Part shown: piece after piece, positions 46,895 through 57,646 of the stretch
Layout: the number at the start of each line of letters is the position of its first letter
Numbering within the stretch: position 1 is the stretch's first letter
Sequence record: NC_048792.1
Length of the DNA stretch: 64,000 bases
Strand: one strand, 5' to 3'
The notes under the pieces: generated by a model
Told to the model about the DNA's origin: nothing
The model's database searches: none
What the model saw: only the letters and a program-made list of their open reading frames with translations
Position numbers and translations under genes: made by a program

Positions 46895-49078
46895 ATGAGT
46901 GACTATAAATTTTCCGATCGTGACGTTGCTAATTTCGTTAAAGAAATCCTCGACACTGAATCTCGCCGTAATGAACTGATCGGCTATCTGGACGATCTGA
47001 CTCGTGATCGTCGTTCAGATGTTGGCGAGAAGCTGATGCGTTATGCAATCAGCGCTTATGCTCTGGAATATAACCGTACTAAGAAGTCTTCCGAAGACAT
47101 CGTGTACGATCTGGTTCTGTGGTATGCAGCTGCCCGTGCAGCAGACGACCGTGGGTTCACTCGTAACCTGAGCAATGCTGAAATGGATGACCTGGCCGAT
47201 ATGGGTCGCATGGCTCTGGAGATCATCGATGAGCTGGCAGAGATGAACGAATCTCGTGGCCGTGGTTATGGTCGTGATGATCGTCGTGGTGGTGGCCGTG
47301 AAAGTTCCTTCGGTCGCGCAGCACGCGAACAAGATCGTCGCGGTTATTCTGCCGGTGGTTCTCGTGGTTATGGCGGCGGTCGTCAGGAAGGTTATCGTTC
47401 CGACTATAGCTCTGCTGCAGCCCGTGGTGTAGATCAACGTGCTCCGCAGCGTCCAGTCTATGGCGAACGTGCCCATGCTCGGGAAGAGGCTCAGCCACGC
47501 GTCAAAACTGCATTGGATGTTATGGCAGAGATGCACCTGAAACGCCGCCAAGCTGAAGCTGGCATTCAGGAACCAGAACCTCAACCACGTCGTCAGGAAC
47601 GTCGTGTAGAGGAACCAACTCGCCGTGAACTTGCAACTCGTAACCCAGTAGACGCGGTTCGTCGTAACCATGCGCCTGCTTACGAGCGTGTAACTCCTGA
47701 AACCATCACCAGCAAACCAGAGTGGACTGCTGACCCGAATGGCCCAGTAGCAGGTAACGCTGACTTCATCCCAGATGACATCGGTCAGTGGGGCACTACT
47801 GAAAGCGGTAAAGTTCTGCCAAGTCCTGAGCGTCCTATCACTCAGTACGAAATCCTGAACAACTGCTATGACCTGAACGATATCGAAGTTGTGGAAGCAA
47901 TTCCAGAACGTCCACGTTTCAGTTGCAACGGTGCAGCCCCTTCCTGGGAAGCTGATGAAGTAGCGCCACAATGGAGCATCAACAAAGACGGTTATCGTGT
48001 ACTGGCTTTCCGTAAACTGTCTGAAGAGGAAAAAGAGAAAGTGCGTAAAGAAATCCACACTATGCCGGAAATCATCGGCGTACGTAATGGCCCAGGTAAA
48101 TCTCATCCACAACGCGAAGCTATTCTGCTGGCAGCTGGTAAAACCACCCGCTTCAATCTGGAAGAAGCACGTCGTCGTGAAGAAGAAGCTCGTAAAGAGT
48201 GGGAAGACGTTGTAGCTGTTCTGAAAGCAGAAAACGAAACTCTGCCAGAAGAAGAGCAAAAACCAATCCCGGATCTGGATCTGAGCGATTACAAACCGAC
48301 TATCGACGAAACTGTGAAAGTAGGTAAAGTGATCAAGGCATTCGGCCACGATGCGCTGGAAGTTAAGATCATGGATCTGCGTACTGAGCTGGATACCGAA
48401 TCCTCTCTGGATCTGCGTACTGAAAACTATCGTCCTCTGCACGATGCCGGTTCCGCTGAAGCAGCGCGTGAAATGATCGAAGGTCTGCGTGGTCTGGTGA
48501 TCACTGGTTCTCCGGTCTCTAACGTAACTCTGCCGCAGATGCTGCGTAGCTTCGAAAATCGCGTAGATGGTCTGCCAGGTCATCTGATCGTGTTCATCAA
48601 GCGCCACATCGTGAATGTCATCAACGATATCCTGGGCATGGAAATGGGCAGTACTCTGACCATCGACGACGTTAACGATCTGCGTACTATCGAAGCAGAT
48701 ATGGTTAAAATCGCCGGTGAAGAGTTCGCTGCTAAGTTCTCCGAAACGGTTAACGAAAACATCCGTCGTTTCGAGTTCCTGACTACTGGTGAAGATATGG
48801 GTAAACCAACCTATATCGTTAGCAAGAAATCTTCCGGCGTTCTGACCCTGCCGATGACTATTGCTGACATCAGCATGAAGAAACGTCCTGGTATCAAACT
48901 GATGTCTACCACGGTAAACCGTGATAGTGCACCAAAACTGTATCAAGCCCTGAACATGATGAACATGGCTCACGGTGGTTTCAACAAAGAGCTGTATCTG
49001 GCCGACGGCACCTGGGTTACTGTAACCAAAGATGCTATGGCTAAAGGTCAGTTCGTACTGGCTTACAAAACCGCATAA
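46895..49078 (+). CDS. large hypothetical protein with RG/RGG-rich disordered segment
   Basis: GRGYGRDDRRGGGR...SRGYGGGR low-complexity block. AGGAG SD and strong codon bias. Confidence 0.8.
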   Translation: MSDYKFSDRDVANFVKEILDTESRRNELIGYLDDLTRDRRSDVGEKLMRYAISAYALEYNRTKKSSEDIVYDLVLWYAAARAADDRGFTRNLSNAEMDDLADMGRMALEIIDELAEMNESRGRGYGRDDRRGGGRESSFGRAAREQDRRGYSAGGSRGYGGGRQEGYRSDYSSAAARGVDQRAPQRPVYGERAHAREEAQPRVKTALDVMAEMHLKRRQAEAGIQEPEPQPRRQERRVEEPTRRELATRNPVDAVRRNHAPAYERVTPETITSKPEWTADPNGPVAGNADFIPDDIGQWGTTESGKVLPSPERPITQYEILNNCYDLNDIEVVEAIPERPRFSCNGAAPSWEADEVAPQWSINKDGYRVLAFRKLSEEEKEKVRKEIHTMPEIIGVRNGPGKSHPQREAILLAAGKTTRFNLEEARRREEEARKEWEDVVAVLKAENETLPEEEQKPIPDLDLSDYKPTIDETVKVGKVIKAFGHDALEVKIMDLRTELDTESSLDLRTENYRPLHDAGSAEAAREMIEGLRGLVITGSPVSNVTLPQMLRSFENRVDGLPGHLIVFIKRHIVNVINDILGMEMGSTLTIDDVNDLRTIEADMVKIAGEEFAAKFSETVNENIRRFEFLTTGEDMGKPTYIVSKKSSGVLTLPMTIADISMKKRPGIKLMSTTVNRDSAPKLYQALNMMNMAHGGFNKELYLADGTWVTVTKDAMAKGQFVLAYKTA

Positions 49079-49160
49079 TCCACTTAATATGTAGCGTGTG
49101 CTCTCGTCGGTGATCCGGCGGGGGCTTCACGTCAACTATGAGAGACCCAAGGAGGTCCAA

Positions 49161-49526
49161 ATGAACGCCAATTATACTACCGCCAGTAACGTCCTTTCTT
49201 TCGTTCAAAACCTGTATGCGGACGAAGCACGCCGCTACGGCATTAAGGTAGCGCGTCACTCTGACGTAGAACTGAACCAGTTCTTTAAAGTAATGGATCT
49301 TAACGGTCTGTTGAAAGATGCACTGGACAGCGTTGTGAAATACATCCAGACTTACGAGTCTGTTCACAATGCCGGTGAGAAGTACAAATCCATCCTTCTG
49401 CCTGATGCTGTAGGTTCCGCTTACCGCACCATGCTGTTGATCACTCGTCTGACTAAAGAAGGTTACAACGTTAACTTTGCTGTAGAAGACGAAAACGGTT
49501 TCAGTTCCCTGCTGAAGACTAAATGA
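49161..49526 (+). CDS. hypothetical protein
   Basis: AAGGAGG SD before the ATG at 49161. Confidence 0.75.
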   Translation: MNANYTTASNVLSFVQNLYADEARRYGIKVARHSDVELNQFFKVMDLNGLLKDALDSVVKYIQTYESVHNAGEKYKSILLPDAVGSAYRTMLLITRLTKEGYNVNFAVEDENGFSSLLKTK

Positions 49527-49532
49527 CAAAAT

Positions 49533-49560
49533 AGAGTAGAGGCCATTTGGCCTCTACTCT
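49533..49560. terminator. bidirectional hairpin terminator
   Basis: AGAGTAGAGGCC-ATTT-GGCCTCTACTCT between convergent genes. Confidence 0.8.
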
Positions 49561-49590
49561 GTGTCAGCTATTCAGCTTTTCTTTTTTTGC

Positions 49591-52389
49591 TCAGGGTGGT
49601 GCCAGGTTGTCGTCTTCAGCGGCTTGGAACGGATCTTCGTTTGCACGGTCACCGCCAAATTCATCTTCACGACTACCAAAGTCATTACCACTCAGGTCAC
49701 CCTCGCCGAAGTCTTCGAACTCGTCTGAACCCGTATCGAATTCTGAGTCACTGGAGCTATTGTCGCTACCCCAATCACTACCGCCTCCGAAACCGCCTTG
49801 GTTAGCATTTTCAATTGCTTGACTCAAGTCAGGGTTAGTTTCCTTCGTAACTTCCAAACGGTTCTCACGGAGCTGACGAATAACTGCAGCGGTGTCACCC
49901 AGGTTATGTACCAGGTTAGCCATGTGCGCATTCAGCTCTTTAGAGAAGTCAATCGCAGGGTTATCTTCGCTACCTACACGAGTCAGTTCACTCAGACCAA
50001 AGTCCATCCCCGTCTTAGCCAGGTACTCACGTTTGAAGTAAGCGGCCACGTTAGCTTTGAGGTGATTGATCTTATCTTGGTCTTCGTCGCCCAGAGAAGG
50101 CCCGATGAGTTCTGGCGAGATGTAGTTCTCAACCATGTCATCAATCCATTGAGAGACTTTGTCGTATTCTTCTTTCTGGTTCTCGATCCGGTTAGATTCA
50201 GGACGAGGAAGTTCCAGATAAAGGACGCGGAAGAACTCTTCAATGGCATCGGTATATTGCAGTGAGTATGGGTTACCCATATCGTTGCAACGGTACTCTT
50301 CTGGGAGCTGGTCGTTGTGTTCACGGAAGATCTCTTGGATACGGCCAACCAACGTACCGTCAGACAAGGTATAGGACTTAACAAACTTCTTACCGTGTTT
50401 GCAAGTGTCATCCTGAATCATCATGATACGTTTTGCATAAAGCTGGTTGGTTGTCCAGCGGGAGATAGCAAAGTCTGCCTGGGTAGTCATGTCCACCATT
50501 TCTGGTGTTACGAACAGACCCATGTATTGCTGACGTTGCAACTCACGAGAGAACTCTGGATCGATTTGTTGACGTTGAGATTGGAACTCAGAAACATCGA
50601 CAGTCGTGTTAGGCATACGCGGGTTACCTTGGACTTCAATAACCACACCCATGGAACGAATAACACGGAACATCTCAGCAGCAGACGTTACGTCTGTTGG
50701 AGTACCGCCAGCCTGTTGACGCATGAATTCATCGATCATGACGTGATACGCTTTGTCCGGATCAGGGTCACGAGGGTCAATGTTCATGGTAACTTTAGTA
50801 CGGCCAACTGCGTTCTTAACCCCAGCCATGAAGTTAGCAAAAGTTGTCATTGCACGCAGAGCGGATACTTGCTTGATGTCATCCATCAAGGATTTACCCA
50901 TGCCGTTCTTGTCGTAGTCGTATGCAAAGTACGCAACGTTCTCAACAGGTACGAATACCATATGGGTACGTTGGTTAGCAAACTTACGGAACAGGAACAG
51001 ACGCATGATATCTTCGTTCCAGCCCAACTTAACGTTACGGCCGAGCAAACCGTTTTTAATACGGTTAAGTACGTTCTCTTCCAGAACCTGGTCGAAGATA
51101 CGCACACGCTCAGCGGCGTTAGTTTTATCGGCATCGTAGCAAAGACCGGAACCCAACATCTTAGTCTGTTGAATAAGTGAAGAGGTCTGGTTCATCTGAC
51201 TGTCGCCGTTAAGACCATTGTTACCGTTCTTAACAGCACGAGCGATCTCGTCGGTTACATCCAACGGGTGACCAAGTTCATCCAGGAGAATAATGTAACC
51301 TAAGTGGTTGCGAGGCTCACCTTTAGGGAAGCACGGAATACAAGATTCACTTGGTACTTTAATAACCAGCGGGTGACCAATAGAAGAACGAGAAGCTTCA
51401 GCCGCCGTTGTCATTACCTTAACACGTTCCATCGCACTACCGTTGTCGCGATAGAGGCTGTTGGCAAGGGTGCGGATCTCCTTGATATGACCGTTACCGC
51501 TGCTAAAGGACTCGTTGGAAATACGAGTAGTCGAACGGAAAGAACGGTTCATTCGCTTCTGGTTGATCCGGTCACGAACCTTACCTAAACCGAGAACTGC
51601 AATGTTATCGGTAATGGTACATGCGTCGTTGATACGCGTAGGCGTTTCACGGTCACCGGCTGGGTTCCAGAAGAAGTTTTCCATGCTAGGAGTACTGACT
51701 TCACGTCGCTTCTCTTTCTTGGCTTCTTCTTCAGTAAGACCTGGGTCGCCCAAGATACCTTTACCGGTATGTTTCAACGTACCGTCTTTAAACTGTGATG
51801 CAATGTGGGCCGCGTACATTTCGTCGGTCATTGCAGCAGATTCGTTAGAGACGCCGTTATAGGTACGGTCGTTGATGATATCGTCGATTACTGCTTCAGG
51901 AACGATAACGCCAATCCAAGCACCGTAGTCGAACAATGCTTCACCGATGATCTCCGGCAGTTTATCGCGGAGAGGGTAATAACCACCATCACCGAAATGT
52001 TCGCGGATAACTTCCGTGATTTCATTCAGTATAGTAGGACGAATTTCTGAATCTTCTGTTTTAAAGACCAGCTCGCCGTCGAACATGTCTACAGGAGAAA
52101 GGGTGGTGGAAATGATCATTTGTTTGATCAGTTTCAAATCGCTACTCAGCTGCAGGATAGTTTCTGCATCCAAGTTCTTCTGAGCACGGTTTCCGACGAT
52201 GTGGTCGAAAATAGTCTCATTATGTACCTTAACACCTTCACCCTGGCTATGATCACCGGTTAAATGGTCACGTACCATCTTCGTCATGATAGACGTGGCA
52301 GCAGGCGTATTTTCTAACCATTTCGTGGGTTTACTCCGAACACTCGTATCGGGACCACTACTGGTAAGAGTAGGTTTCTTCATTATCAT
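49591..52389 (-). CDS. portal protein (phiKZ gp129 / SPN3US gp81-like)
   Basis: 932 aa with IISTTLSPVDM, ALFDYGAW.G...PE and GKSLMDD. Internal SNE/SME sites. Divergent from the baseplate gene, as in phiKZ. Confidence 0.7.
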   Translation of the reverse strand: MIMKKPTLTSSGPDTSVRSKPTKWLENTPAATSIMTKMVRDHLTGDHSQGEGVKVHNETIFDHIVGNRAQKNLDAETILQLSSDLKLIKQMIISTTLSPVDMFDGELVFKTEDSEIRPTILNEITEVIREHFGDGGYYPLRDKLPEIIGEALFDYGAWIGVIVPEAVIDDIINDRTYNGVSNESAAMTDEMYAAHIASQFKDGTLKHTGKGILGDPGLTEEEAKKEKRREVSTPSMENFFWNPAGDRETPTRINDACTITDNIAVLGLGKVRDRINQKRMNRSFRSTTRISNESFSSGNGHIKEIRTLANSLYRDNGSAMERVKVMTTAAEASRSSIGHPLVIKVPSESCIPCFPKGEPRNHLGYIILLDELGHPLDVTDEIARAVKNGNNGLNGDSQMNQTSSLIQQTKMLGSGLCYDADKTNAAERVRIFDQVLEENVLNRIKNGLLGRNVKLGWNEDIMRLFLFRKFANQRTHMVFVPVENVAYFAYDYDKNGMGKSLMDDIKQVSALRAMTTFANFMAGVKNAVGRTKVTMNIDPRDPDPDKAYHVMIDEFMRQQAGGTPTDVTSAAEMFRVIRSMGVVIEVQGNPRMPNTTVDVSEFQSQRQQIDPEFSRELQRQQYMGLFVTPEMVDMTTQADFAISRWTTNQLYAKRIMMIQDDTCKHGKKFVKSYTLSDGTLVGRIQEIFREHNDQLPEEYRCNDMGNPYSLQYTDAIEEFFRVLYLELPRPESNRIENQKEEYDKVSQWIDDMVENYISPELIGPSLGDEDQDKINHLKANVAAYFKREYLAKTGMDFGLSELTRVGSEDNPAIDFSKELNAHMANLVHNLGDTAAVIRQLRENRLEVTKETNPDLSQAIENANQGGFGGGSDWGSDNSSSDSEFDTGSDEFEDFGEGDLSGNDFGSREDEFGGDRANEDPFQAAEDDNLAPP

Positions 52390-52442
52390 GATTTACCAAA
52401 TCCTTATTTCTCTCATGTGTTCGCATAAAGACAGGAGGCCGC

Positions 52443-55013
52443 ATGGCGGATACCACGCAACGATTGTACGTTGATGGCGCAATGAGTCTAGCGCAGACGA
52501 TGACAATCAAGTTCAACGCCGGTGCGGTAGCGATCAACAATTATTTAACCGAAATAGGTTACACCGTTGACCCTAATGTTCCATCCACTTGGCGTTACTA
52601 CATGAACCTTGCTGGCAAGTATCATGTCAGTAATCAGCAAATGAAAGTGACCTCCTTGGACACCTTGGAGGAGATTGACTTCACATATGATAACCTCTTA
52701 ATCCACCGAGCTACTAAAGCAGCCTATAAGTACGGTTCCCGTTACTACAATGAACTTGTAGAACAATACCCAGAACAGGAATTGTTAATTCGGGGTGTTT
52801 TATGGCCAGTGGATATTGACAAGGCGATTGATGCCAAGGACTTCACTATCCTTTATTACGATAGTGACGAGGTTGATCCCAATGAAACGTATTTGATCCA
52901 GGATCTCCAAGAATGGATTTACCGGTTTACGTATCGTTGGTATCTAGTATTTGCTGCAGCTGTACAAAAATATTACCCGGCGACGTTTTTTGGGACTTTA
53001 TTTATTCACCTGGTTGGTGAGATAATCAGCATTCGTGAGAACTATTGCCGTACTCAATACGTGCATAGCTATCACCTTTGGGCGTACCTTGGTTCACACG
53101 GTCGTCTGAATGCGTACAAGGATTACGTCAACATTACCCAGGCGTTGTGGTTGTACCGTAATATTCGCTACATCGATAACCACGCCGGTAAAACGACTAC
53201 CTTTGATGATCTTATCCTTAATATCCTGACCGCCCGTAACATCCCGCTGACAGCTTATTTCCTGCGCCATAACTCGAAGGATGTTCCTGAGTCCATTCTC
53301 CCTGAAGGGGAAGTAGCTAAGGATCCTAAGAACTACCTGGCAGAGTCCGTTCAAGGTATCGAACGAATCTCAATTGGGGAGGCTCTGGATAACGAAGTTA
53401 ACTCGGCTAAGGATAACGATAAGTATCTGGCCAAGCAGAAAATCGATGTTCCTATTCGAGTCGCTAACGCCATTACCGGTGAGCTACCTACTAAGGTACT
53501 CGAGTCGGTCATGATTGACCGTTCAGATTCTGTACCGCACAAGTTTGTTGATACGTTAATGGGTGAGTGGATCTATCTGGCGACTGAAGGTCGTTACGTA
53601 GCGAACATCACTATCCCTAACCCGGCTACGCAAGAAGCCATGTCGATGACGGTAAGGGAAGCCTTGATCCTTTGGGTCTACTGTGCGATGCGTCAGTTTG
53701 AAATGGTACTGGAAGACGTCCCTGATCTGACAGCCTGGTTTGTGCAACGTCTAGCAGCTCCTGAGTTCTCTGAACTGCGTGGTGTGTGCGAACCTAAGTA
53801 TGTCAGTGAAGCGGCTATCCTGATGGCTCTGACTGAGCATACTCCGGTGTCTACTATTATCTCGACTGAAGCGTTCTACAACACTGTAGCTCAGATTCAA
53901 AGTAACATTAACGCCCATCGTGTCATGTACACGCGTCAGCAAGACTTCCGTGCTCGTGGCCAAATGGAAGTGATGACCAATCGCTTTTACATCAACAAGA
54001 AATGTCAGTTGTCAGCCACACCGATTAAATACGCAGACTGGTTCCACACCAAGAACTGGGATATGGAGTTGAGTTCTCCAGAAGCGTATTCCGATTTCTG
54101 TTTCCAGCTAATAGAAGTTGCAACGGGTGCTAACCTGCGCTCAACGATATCGGTGTCCGATGTACACAGCGCCATGATAGCGATCATGACTCAGCTGTCC
54201 AGTTACTCTGTACAGTACGTCCACAAAACTAACGCATCTCCAAACATCATTGTTGATAACTTGGCGATTCGTTTCGGTGGCATCGAGTCTCGTCCTAGCG
54301 CCGACTTTAAAATTGACCAACGCGTTGAAATCATTAACCAGTACCAACGTGGTAAACTCTCTCCTGACAAGTCTGCATTTGAAGGGATTGAGATTGGCTC
54401 GAAGTATATTCATGCACCGCACTTCTACCGTGTGTTCTCGTCCGTGAACTTCCTGCCAGATACCCATGTTGCTACTCGTCACCAGATTGAGATCGCTGAG
54501 GTTAGGTTCAAAGGTTCGCTTGCTAAAGATATCGGTCTTGAGATCAGTAAGCATGATCTTGATGGCCTGTGGCTTTATCTGGCAACCGCTCGTCCAATTA
54601 ACGAAGTCATCACTAACCCAAGGCTACCTGGGTTGTGGGTACGCGTACCTCGTGAAGATGAGTACTTACCTAACGAGATTACCAAAACCGATATTGAAGG
54701 GCTGTGGACGAATGTTATCCCTGGCCCAGAGAAATTGGTCATTGGCAATAAACCACTCCCAGGTCTGTGGTTAGAGCCTATCGTTCCTTACGAGTTGGAA
54801 GACTTTAAAGAACGTCTCGAAGGTTTCGATCCACCTGAACCATTTAAACCAACTACGTTGACTGATGGTTTCGATGAGAATCTGGGTGGCTTCGTTGGGT
54901 ACATTGAACCTGAGTTTGACCTCTTCAATATAGAGGAAGAACTTCCTGGCTTCGATTCGCCTGATAGCGAACCAAAAGCACCTTACGATTTCTCTGCTTT
55001 GTTTGGCGAGTAA
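52443..55013 (+). CDS. baseplate wedge protein (phiKZ gp130-like) with C-terminal LxG[LF] repeats
   Basis: WRYYMNLAGKYH and LWLYRNIRYIDNHAGK motifs. Seven C-terminal repeats. Confidence 0.65.
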   Translation: MADTTQRLYVDGAMSLAQTMTIKFNAGAVAINNYLTEIGYTVDPNVPSTWRYYMNLAGKYHVSNQQMKVTSLDTLEEIDFTYDNLLIHRATKAAYKYGSRYYNELVEQYPEQELLIRGVLWPVDIDKAIDAKDFTILYYDSDEVDPNETYLIQDLQEWIYRFTYRWYLVFAAAVQKYYPATFFGTLFIHLVGEIISIRENYCRTQYVHSYHLWAYLGSHGRLNAYKDYVNITQALWLYRNIRYIDNHAGKTTTFDDLILNILTARNIPLTAYFLRHNSKDVPESILPEGEVAKDPKNYLAESVQGIERISIGEALDNEVNSAKDNDKYLAKQKIDVPIRVANAITGELPTKVLESVMIDRSDSVPHKFVDTLMGEWIYLATEGRYVANITIPNPATQEAMSMTVREALILWVYCAMRQFEMVLEDVPDLTAWFVQRLAAPEFSELRGVCEPKYVSEAAILMALTEHTPVSTIISTEAFYNTVAQIQSNINAHRVMYTRQQDFRARGQMEVMTNRFYINKKCQLSATPIKYADWFHTKNWDMELSSPEAYSDFCFQLIEVATGANLRSTISVSDVHSAMIAIMTQLSSYSVQYVHKTNASPNIIVDNLAIRFGGIESRPSADFKIDQRVEIINQYQRGKLSPDKSAFEGIEIGSKYIHAPHFYRVFSSVNFLPDTHVATRHQIEIAEVRFKGSLAKDIGLEISKHDLDGLWLYLATARPINEVITNPRLPGLWVRVPREDEYLPNEITKTDIEGLWTNVIPGPEKLVIGNKPLPGLWLEPIVPYELEDFKERLEGFDPPEPFKPTTLTDGFDENLGGFVGYIEPEFDLFNIEEELPGFDSPDSEPKAPYDFSALFGE
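54510..54965 (+). repeat. 7 degenerate peptide repeats L-x-G-[LF]
   Basis: DLDGLW, RLPGLW, DIEGLW, PLPGLW, RLEGFDPP, NLGGFVG, ELPGFDSP. Confidence 0.8.
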
Positions 55014-55079
55014 TCTTAACGACCAAGGATGGTTGTTATGTTAATATTTCAGCTAATGTAACGCCTATCGGAGTCAACA

Positions 55080-55919
55080 ATGGCAAACGCGAATTACTAC
55101 AATAAGCCCACTAACCGATTAGTCTTTGACTTGATCAAAGAAGCTAACCCGGAAGCGGACTTCTCAGAAGATCAAGTAAGGTTAACGAACTTTACCCAGA
55201 ACACCAATGGCGACCCGTTACGTAACACCGCAGGTATTCTGAAAGCAATCCCTGGCATGGGCCGTGAAGGTCAAGAGAACCTGACCTGGAACCGTCCTGC
55301 ACTGAACGAGATCTTTAAAGAGATCAGCGTTTACTGTTCCCCTAACGGTAAGTTCAAGAAATCTGACTTACTGAAAGAAATCAACAGTAACTATAACTTC
55401 CAGCTGGACGCCGGCGATATTTACGACGGCGTGTTGAACCTGTCAACTCTACCGACCAAAACGGTTATCGTGGTTCGACCTACCTGTCCTGCTTTTACTG
55501 GTCAGTTAGAGATTACCATTGGTGATCCTAAGATCGCTCTGGAGACGGTTATTCGTAACCCTGACCTGGATGGCCTGGCTTACCCTACCAACCAGTCTGA
55601 GAAGATCCAAGGTCCTCTGTACATGTATGCCAATGACTACACGTACGATGCCACTGGTCTTCAGCAGTTTGGTTACGGCGATCCTATCCAAGGCGAACTC
55701 CTGGAAAGCCTCAACCGTAAATCGCCAGACACCTGGGTACTGAAACCTACCCCTGCTCCGTGGAACGCTAACGGTGCTGACGTATGGTACAATGGCCCGA
55801 CTGCTCAGGCTCCGGTATACGTGAACACTTCGTATCAGCGCTGCTTGGTTATCCACCTGGATAAAGAGTATTGCTCTAACGTCGCTGGTCACTTGATCCT
55901 GCATTACAACATGCCATAA
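55080..55919 (+). CDS. tail/baseplate-associated paralog-family protein
   Basis: N-terminal LVFDLIKEAN...RNT...G.....NR domain ending ETVIRNPDLDGLAYP, then a C-terminal domain like the phiKZ gp131 family. Confidence 0.6.
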   Translation: MANANYYNKPTNRLVFDLIKEANPEADFSEDQVRLTNFTQNTNGDPLRNTAGILKAIPGMGREGQENLTWNRPALNEIFKEISVYCSPNGKFKKSDLLKEINSNYNFQLDAGDIYDGVLNLSTLPTKTVIVVRPTCPAFTGQLEITIGDPKIALETVIRNPDLDGLAYPTNQSEKIQGPLYMYANDYTYDATGLQQFGYGDPIQGELLESLNRKSPDTWVLKPTPAPWNANGADVWYNGPTAQAPVYVNTSYQRCLVIHLDKEYCSNVAGHLILHYNMP

Positions 55920-55924
55920 TAGAA

Positions 55925-55947
55925 GCCTGCTGCAAAATGCAGCAGGC
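55925..55947 (+). terminator. hairpin terminator, followed by TATG
   Basis: GCCTGCTGC-AAAAT-GCAGCAGGC. Confidence 0.65.
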
Positions 55948-56055
55948 CTTATGCTTTATTGTTCGCTTAGTATGGAAGGCATGTTCTTCTTTAGAACGTT
56001 TTGCCACCATCCATTTCCCTGGATGTTTTAAAAAACCTGTTTAAGGATTTATCCG

Positions 56056-56589
56056 ATGGCACGTATCGCGTTTAACCCGGCAAACTCTGCCGATGATGAA
56101 TTCACTCGTCTCCTGGTAAATGGTACTATCATCCCAGAGCTGAAAGCAATTAAACTGACCACCGATTACACCGTCACCACCCCTGCCGCCGCTAACACCG
56201 GTGAGAAAGATGGTAACACCGTTATCGGCCTGACCCCTGCGGCTGGCAGTAAATTGTTGAAAGGCGACGCGCGTGAGTTCTACTACGATCGTCTGAGCAT
56301 CGCTTCTGAACTGACCCGTAAAGCAGTTAACCTGAAGTCTGCTGATGCACTGACCCCGGCTAACCGTGACGCGTTCGCCCTGACCTGCGTAAAAGCAGTT
56401 TGGGACAAATTCGTTGCTGCTGACGTCGTGTTCAAAGAAGACAAAACTGAAGGCGAAGTTGTAGCGTACGTCTACACTATCAAAGCCGACAACAAAGTCT
56501 TCAACGGCGAATTCACTATCACTTCCGGCGACCAGACTCTCCAGTCCTTCAGCGAGAACCTGGGCGGCTTTGACGCACCGGCTGCGTAA
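56056..56589 (+). CDS. abundant virion paralog-family protein
   Basis: GNTVIGL...GDAREFYYDRL single domain ending TLQSFSENLGGFDAPAA. Highly optimised codons. Confidence 0.6.
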   Translation: MARIAFNPANSADDEFTRLLVNGTIIPELKAIKLTTDYTVTTPAAANTGEKDGNTVIGLTPAAGSKLLKGDAREFYYDRLSIASELTRKAVNLKSADALTPANRDAFALTCVKAVWDKFVAADVVFKEDKTEGEVVAYVYTIKADNKVFNGEFTITSGDQTLQSFSENLGGFDAPAA

Positions 56590-56600
56590 TAGTTGACCGA

Positions 56601-56627
56601 AGAGTCGGAGGGATGACCTCCGGCTCT
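56601..56627 (+). terminator. hairpin terminator, followed by TATG
   Basis: AGAGTCGGAGG-GATGA-CCTCCGGCTCT followed by TATTTT. Confidence 0.75.
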
Positions 56628-56691
56628 TATTTTATGTCACCTTCCCCTCATTTAGCTTTCCACTAGAGAGCTATCGCTTTAAGGATTTAAA

Positions 56692-57630
56692 ATGAGCGCA
56701 AGTACTAATACCAACTTGATTACGCGCACTGTTCTTAGTGGGATGCTGCAAACGTGTTTGCTGGCAGGTATCCCGTTAACAGTTCTGGATTATACGACGC
56801 TCAACCAGCGTCTGGGTATTAACGAAGATGCTAAGCTGGCATCTAACGAAATGCCTACCTTCGGCTACTGGTGCATCGGTGACAAAGGTCACTGGGTTGT
56901 CCCTACTTCCGATGGCGAAGTTATTATCGAACCAGCTGAACATACCGCCGGTGACTTCGCCCCGTTCAACATGATTCCGTTTGTCATGCGTGAAGAGTCT
57001 AACGACCTGTCTGTAGAAGAGCGTAAGAAGTACGGCCTTCGTAAATCAGAGAACCGCAACGGGATCAACTATTTCTCTTACTACGCCAAGGCCATCGACC
57101 TGACTGGTAAGAAGCCGCGTATGGAACGTACTACCGTGAAAGACGGTGTTGCGACCACTACTGAATATACGCCGAACAACTCCAACCTGTACCCTGAGCG
57201 TAAAACTCTGACGACCAACGAAGCCGTCACTACCAACTCCGATACTCTGACCGTTTCGTTGACTACTGATGTACTGTTCGACGACAACGATGTTAAAGAG
57301 CTGAACAACGTATCTCGCATCCTGTACGGTAACGAGAAGCGTGCAATCATCTCTGAGATCGCATTGGTATCAGCATTCAAACGTGTTGTACAGGCGCCTG
57401 GCCCTGGCGGCGGTGCTATCTCTATCACTGAAGCTATCTGTGCCCAGGTACTGACCTTCTTGTCTACTTATCGTCAGATGTCCTTCGATAACCGCGGTTT
57501 CGTTATTACTCTGGAAATGGGTGCCAACGAACCGATGATGACATCCGACGCGGTAGGTACCAGCTCAGGCCGCGACGCCGTTCAAAACGCACGTCAGTTG
57601 TTCTCTGCGAATATCGCACCACGCGCTTAA
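56692..57630 (+). CDS. virion structural (baseplate/tail) protein
   Basis: TTLNQRLGI, YWCIGDKGH and IISEIALVSA motifs typical of the phiKZ-like gene after gp131. Confidence 0.55.
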   Translation: MSASTNTNLITRTVLSGMLQTCLLAGIPLTVLDYTTLNQRLGINEDAKLASNEMPTFGYWCIGDKGHWVVPTSDGEVIIEPAEHTAGDFAPFNMIPFVMREESNDLSVEERKKYGLRKSENRNGINYFSYYAKAIDLTGKKPRMERTTVKDGVATTTEYTPNNSNLYPERKTLTTNEAVTTNSDTLTVSLTTDVLFDDNDVKELNNVSRILYGNEKRAIISEIALVSAFKRVVQAPGPGGGAISITEAICAQVLTFLSTYRQMSFDNRGFVITLEMGANEPMMTSDAVGTSSGRDAVQNARQLFSANIAPRA

Positions 57631-57646
57631 AACGAAGGAGCGGTAA

